The notes beneath the pieces were generated by a model, which was not told the DNA's origin, did no database searches, and was given only the letters and a program-made list of their open reading frames with translations. Made by a program: the position numbers and the translations under genes. From positions 238,206,001 to 238,270,000 of the forward strand of contig CM097885.1 of assembly GCA_044892525.1 (NCBI GenBank): a stretch of 64,000 bases of DNA, given 5' to 3'. Positions within the stretch are counted from its first letter, which is position 1. Each line of letters starts with the position of its first letter. The DNA comes from Schmidtea polychroa (Eukaryota). Shown here piece by piece: positions 61,898 through 64,000 of the stretch.

Positions 61898-62543
61898 CTA
61901 ATTACAATTTATTAATTTAAAATTTATTAAGAACCCGCATTATTTTCCCCATTTATTAGTTCCTTTATTATCCCTTTCATTTTAAAGTAATTTAACATAA
62001 TTTTGAATTCTGTTCCGATAATATCGTCCTTATCCGCACCTATTTCCCTTGATTTGTCTTTCTGCGCGAATCTCTTGCCCATGGTTTTAGTTATTTATTA
62101 TATTCATTTTATTATATATAATCCATATCCCGTTTATCCCATTTTTCTCGCATTTCCCGATTAAATTCGGTTACATTTGTTCAGTTATTCGTTCGCGTGC
62201 TTATCCCCCCTTTTTCTTATTTAAATTTTATTATTTCATTTATTTACATTTTCCCATCGTTGATATTTGCAGTTTTTGTATTTTTGTTTTTATATTTTTA
62301 TTTATCGCCATTTTGATTTCAGTTATTCATACAATATTCCAGTACTTAATTTCGTTACCTTGTTATATTTACAACAAAACTTTCATTCCTCACCCAAAAA
62401 TTCAACATTCATTTTCATCATACCAATATCTATATATAAGATTTATGTATTTGGGAAAACAATAGACTTCTTACTTTTTATATCGACTTTTGTGCTTCCC
62501 GATAATATATTTTCACGGTTCTTTCACCAAAAAAATTTACCTG

Positions 62544-62561
62544 ATCCCAGCTGAGCCCCCA
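62544..62561 (-). promoter_or_regulatory. Primer-binding site, tRNA-Pro-like
   Basis: The minus strand reads TGGGGGCTCAGCTGGGAT just inside the 5' LTR; the canonical tRNA-Pro PBS is TGGGGGCTCGTCCGGGAT. Confidence 0.8.
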
Positions 62562-62569
62562 AATTTGTA

Positions 62570-64000
62570 TGGTGGGTTACAGGTGGTCAGACATTTCACC
62601 CTCTCGTGCTGTTTCCAGCGCAACCCAGAATACAAGCTTGATTTTGCCAATTGACACCCGATGAGCGATCACCGTTGGTACTGTGCCAACTGGGGGAGTG
62701 CTCGCAAAAAGTGAGTGCACTACTGGCACTATAATTGTCAAGCACTCCTTGGGTCCACGGACTATCGTTAGAAGATTTGTGTCCGATTTCATTGGTCCCC
62801 TACTTCTATAGTTTTCCCAAAAACACCACGCCCATCTCATCACTCATCTTCATCATTCAGCATACAAAAATTCAACTTCAACTATCTACGTTTTATTTAC
62901 ATCCATCGGTCCTGCACATGAACTGTCAAGTAGCGCGGACTTTCTCGCTTCCTCTTCGAATTTTTGTTCGGCGAGCCGTAACCGTTTGAGTCGCTCACGC
63001 CCATCTCGGCCCAACCGTTTTCGCTTGGCCTTGGGTTTAGGTGGGTGCATTTCGGCCAGTTCTATCGTCATGGGCCGGATCGCCGCCGTGACGTGCTCAT
63101 CAATGGCCCGTTGGTTCAATTTTGTTTCCATGGCCCGCAACTGAAGCTTTAGGGCCCGTATCTCGGTTTTGTCCTGAGTACTCTGGAGCTGCAGTTGTTC
63201 GATCTGCTTCAGGTACTTATGGGCCAACTCCGGGCGGATCCAACTCTGTTCCATCTGCCGACAACGTTCCTTGAATTGGCTGACACTAAGTTGCAGCCGC
63301 TCTGCTTGCTGCTGCGCCTGCTCCCTGTCTTTCCGGAGTCCCTCGAACAGTTTGAACACTGAAGTAAAATATACAATCAACCAATTTTACCGTAATCCCT
63401 TTTTCATAATTGCCGGTCTCTATAAATCGAAACTCGGGTGCCCTATGTATGTATACAAATTTCCGTCGTGTTGATGGTCAGGGTGATAACGTCTCGATTG
63501 TTATATAACGCAATTTATTACAGTAACAACACCTAGAACGACACATCGAAACAAGGAAAAACAATATGTTTATTAAACCAGGATTGTGACGAATCACTAG
63601 AGTCAAACTAAAATCACTAAAACCATAATAAAATGTAAGTTCATTCCCAAGATCACTGAGGTCTCAGTTTCGGGGAGCCTTCTTGCAGGGTCGGCCCCGC
63701 CTCCTCGCCGGTGTCGGTTCCACGTCCACTTCTTCTAACGGCTGACCGGTTTCAACGGCCCGGAGCTGAGCCTCGATCAGGCGGAGTTCGCGTTGGGCCA
63801 GAGCGATGGCGTTCATGGTGCGATCTCTGGCCTCGACGAGCCAATTATTGTCCGGCTCGGTCTTTACCCATACTGGCGCGTTCGCCTCGGGGCCTGCTCG
63901 AATCACCCGGTTTGAGCAGTCTAGATCTCGACCCTGACTCCACCGATGGATGTGGTGCCAGATGTGCCTGGATAGGAGGCGCTCGTCCGTTGCTTCGCAT
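62570..64000 (-). repeat. 5' LTR (3' portion; runs off the window)
   Basis: Direct repeat of 31821-33251, adjacent to the PBS. Confidence 0.95.

Overview
AT-rich metazoan genomic DNA with ~40-55 bp GT-AG introns; a planarian-like host is inferred, not proven. Three blocks. (1) 1-10,962: an intron-containing protein-primed family-B DNA polymerase (Polinton/Maverick-type pPolB) whose 5' half is duplicated as a near-perfect ~4 kb fold-back inverted repeat around a repeat-rich spacer; no integrase, capsid or ATPase gene is seen. (2) ~11,000-31,800: host DNA with the last four exons of a TBC1D13 Rab-GAP gene, a frameshifted hAT transposon with TIRs and 8-bp TSD, nested hAT MITEs, a Penelope-like relic and an old Bcl-2/envelope retroelement relic. 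(3) 31,821 to >64,000: a giant (>32 kb), young Ty3/Gypsy LTR retroelement on the minus strand, resembling the planarian 'Burro' class. One 4,771-codon frame (59,147-44,835, broken by only two in-frame stops) reads Gag - ubiquitin-like x2 - MATH - ubiquitin-like - Bcl-2-like - chuvirus-like envelope - PR - RT - RNase H - IN - ankyrin - second membrane protein. Separate cargo genes encode a RING protein, TRAF, IAP, coiled-coil proteins and a TNF-receptor-like membrane protein. This retroelement-borne TNFR/TRAF/IAP/Bcl-2/ankyrin set, with env placed between gag and pol, is the best candidate for an undescribed system. All domain calls are by-eye motif recognition; no searches were run.
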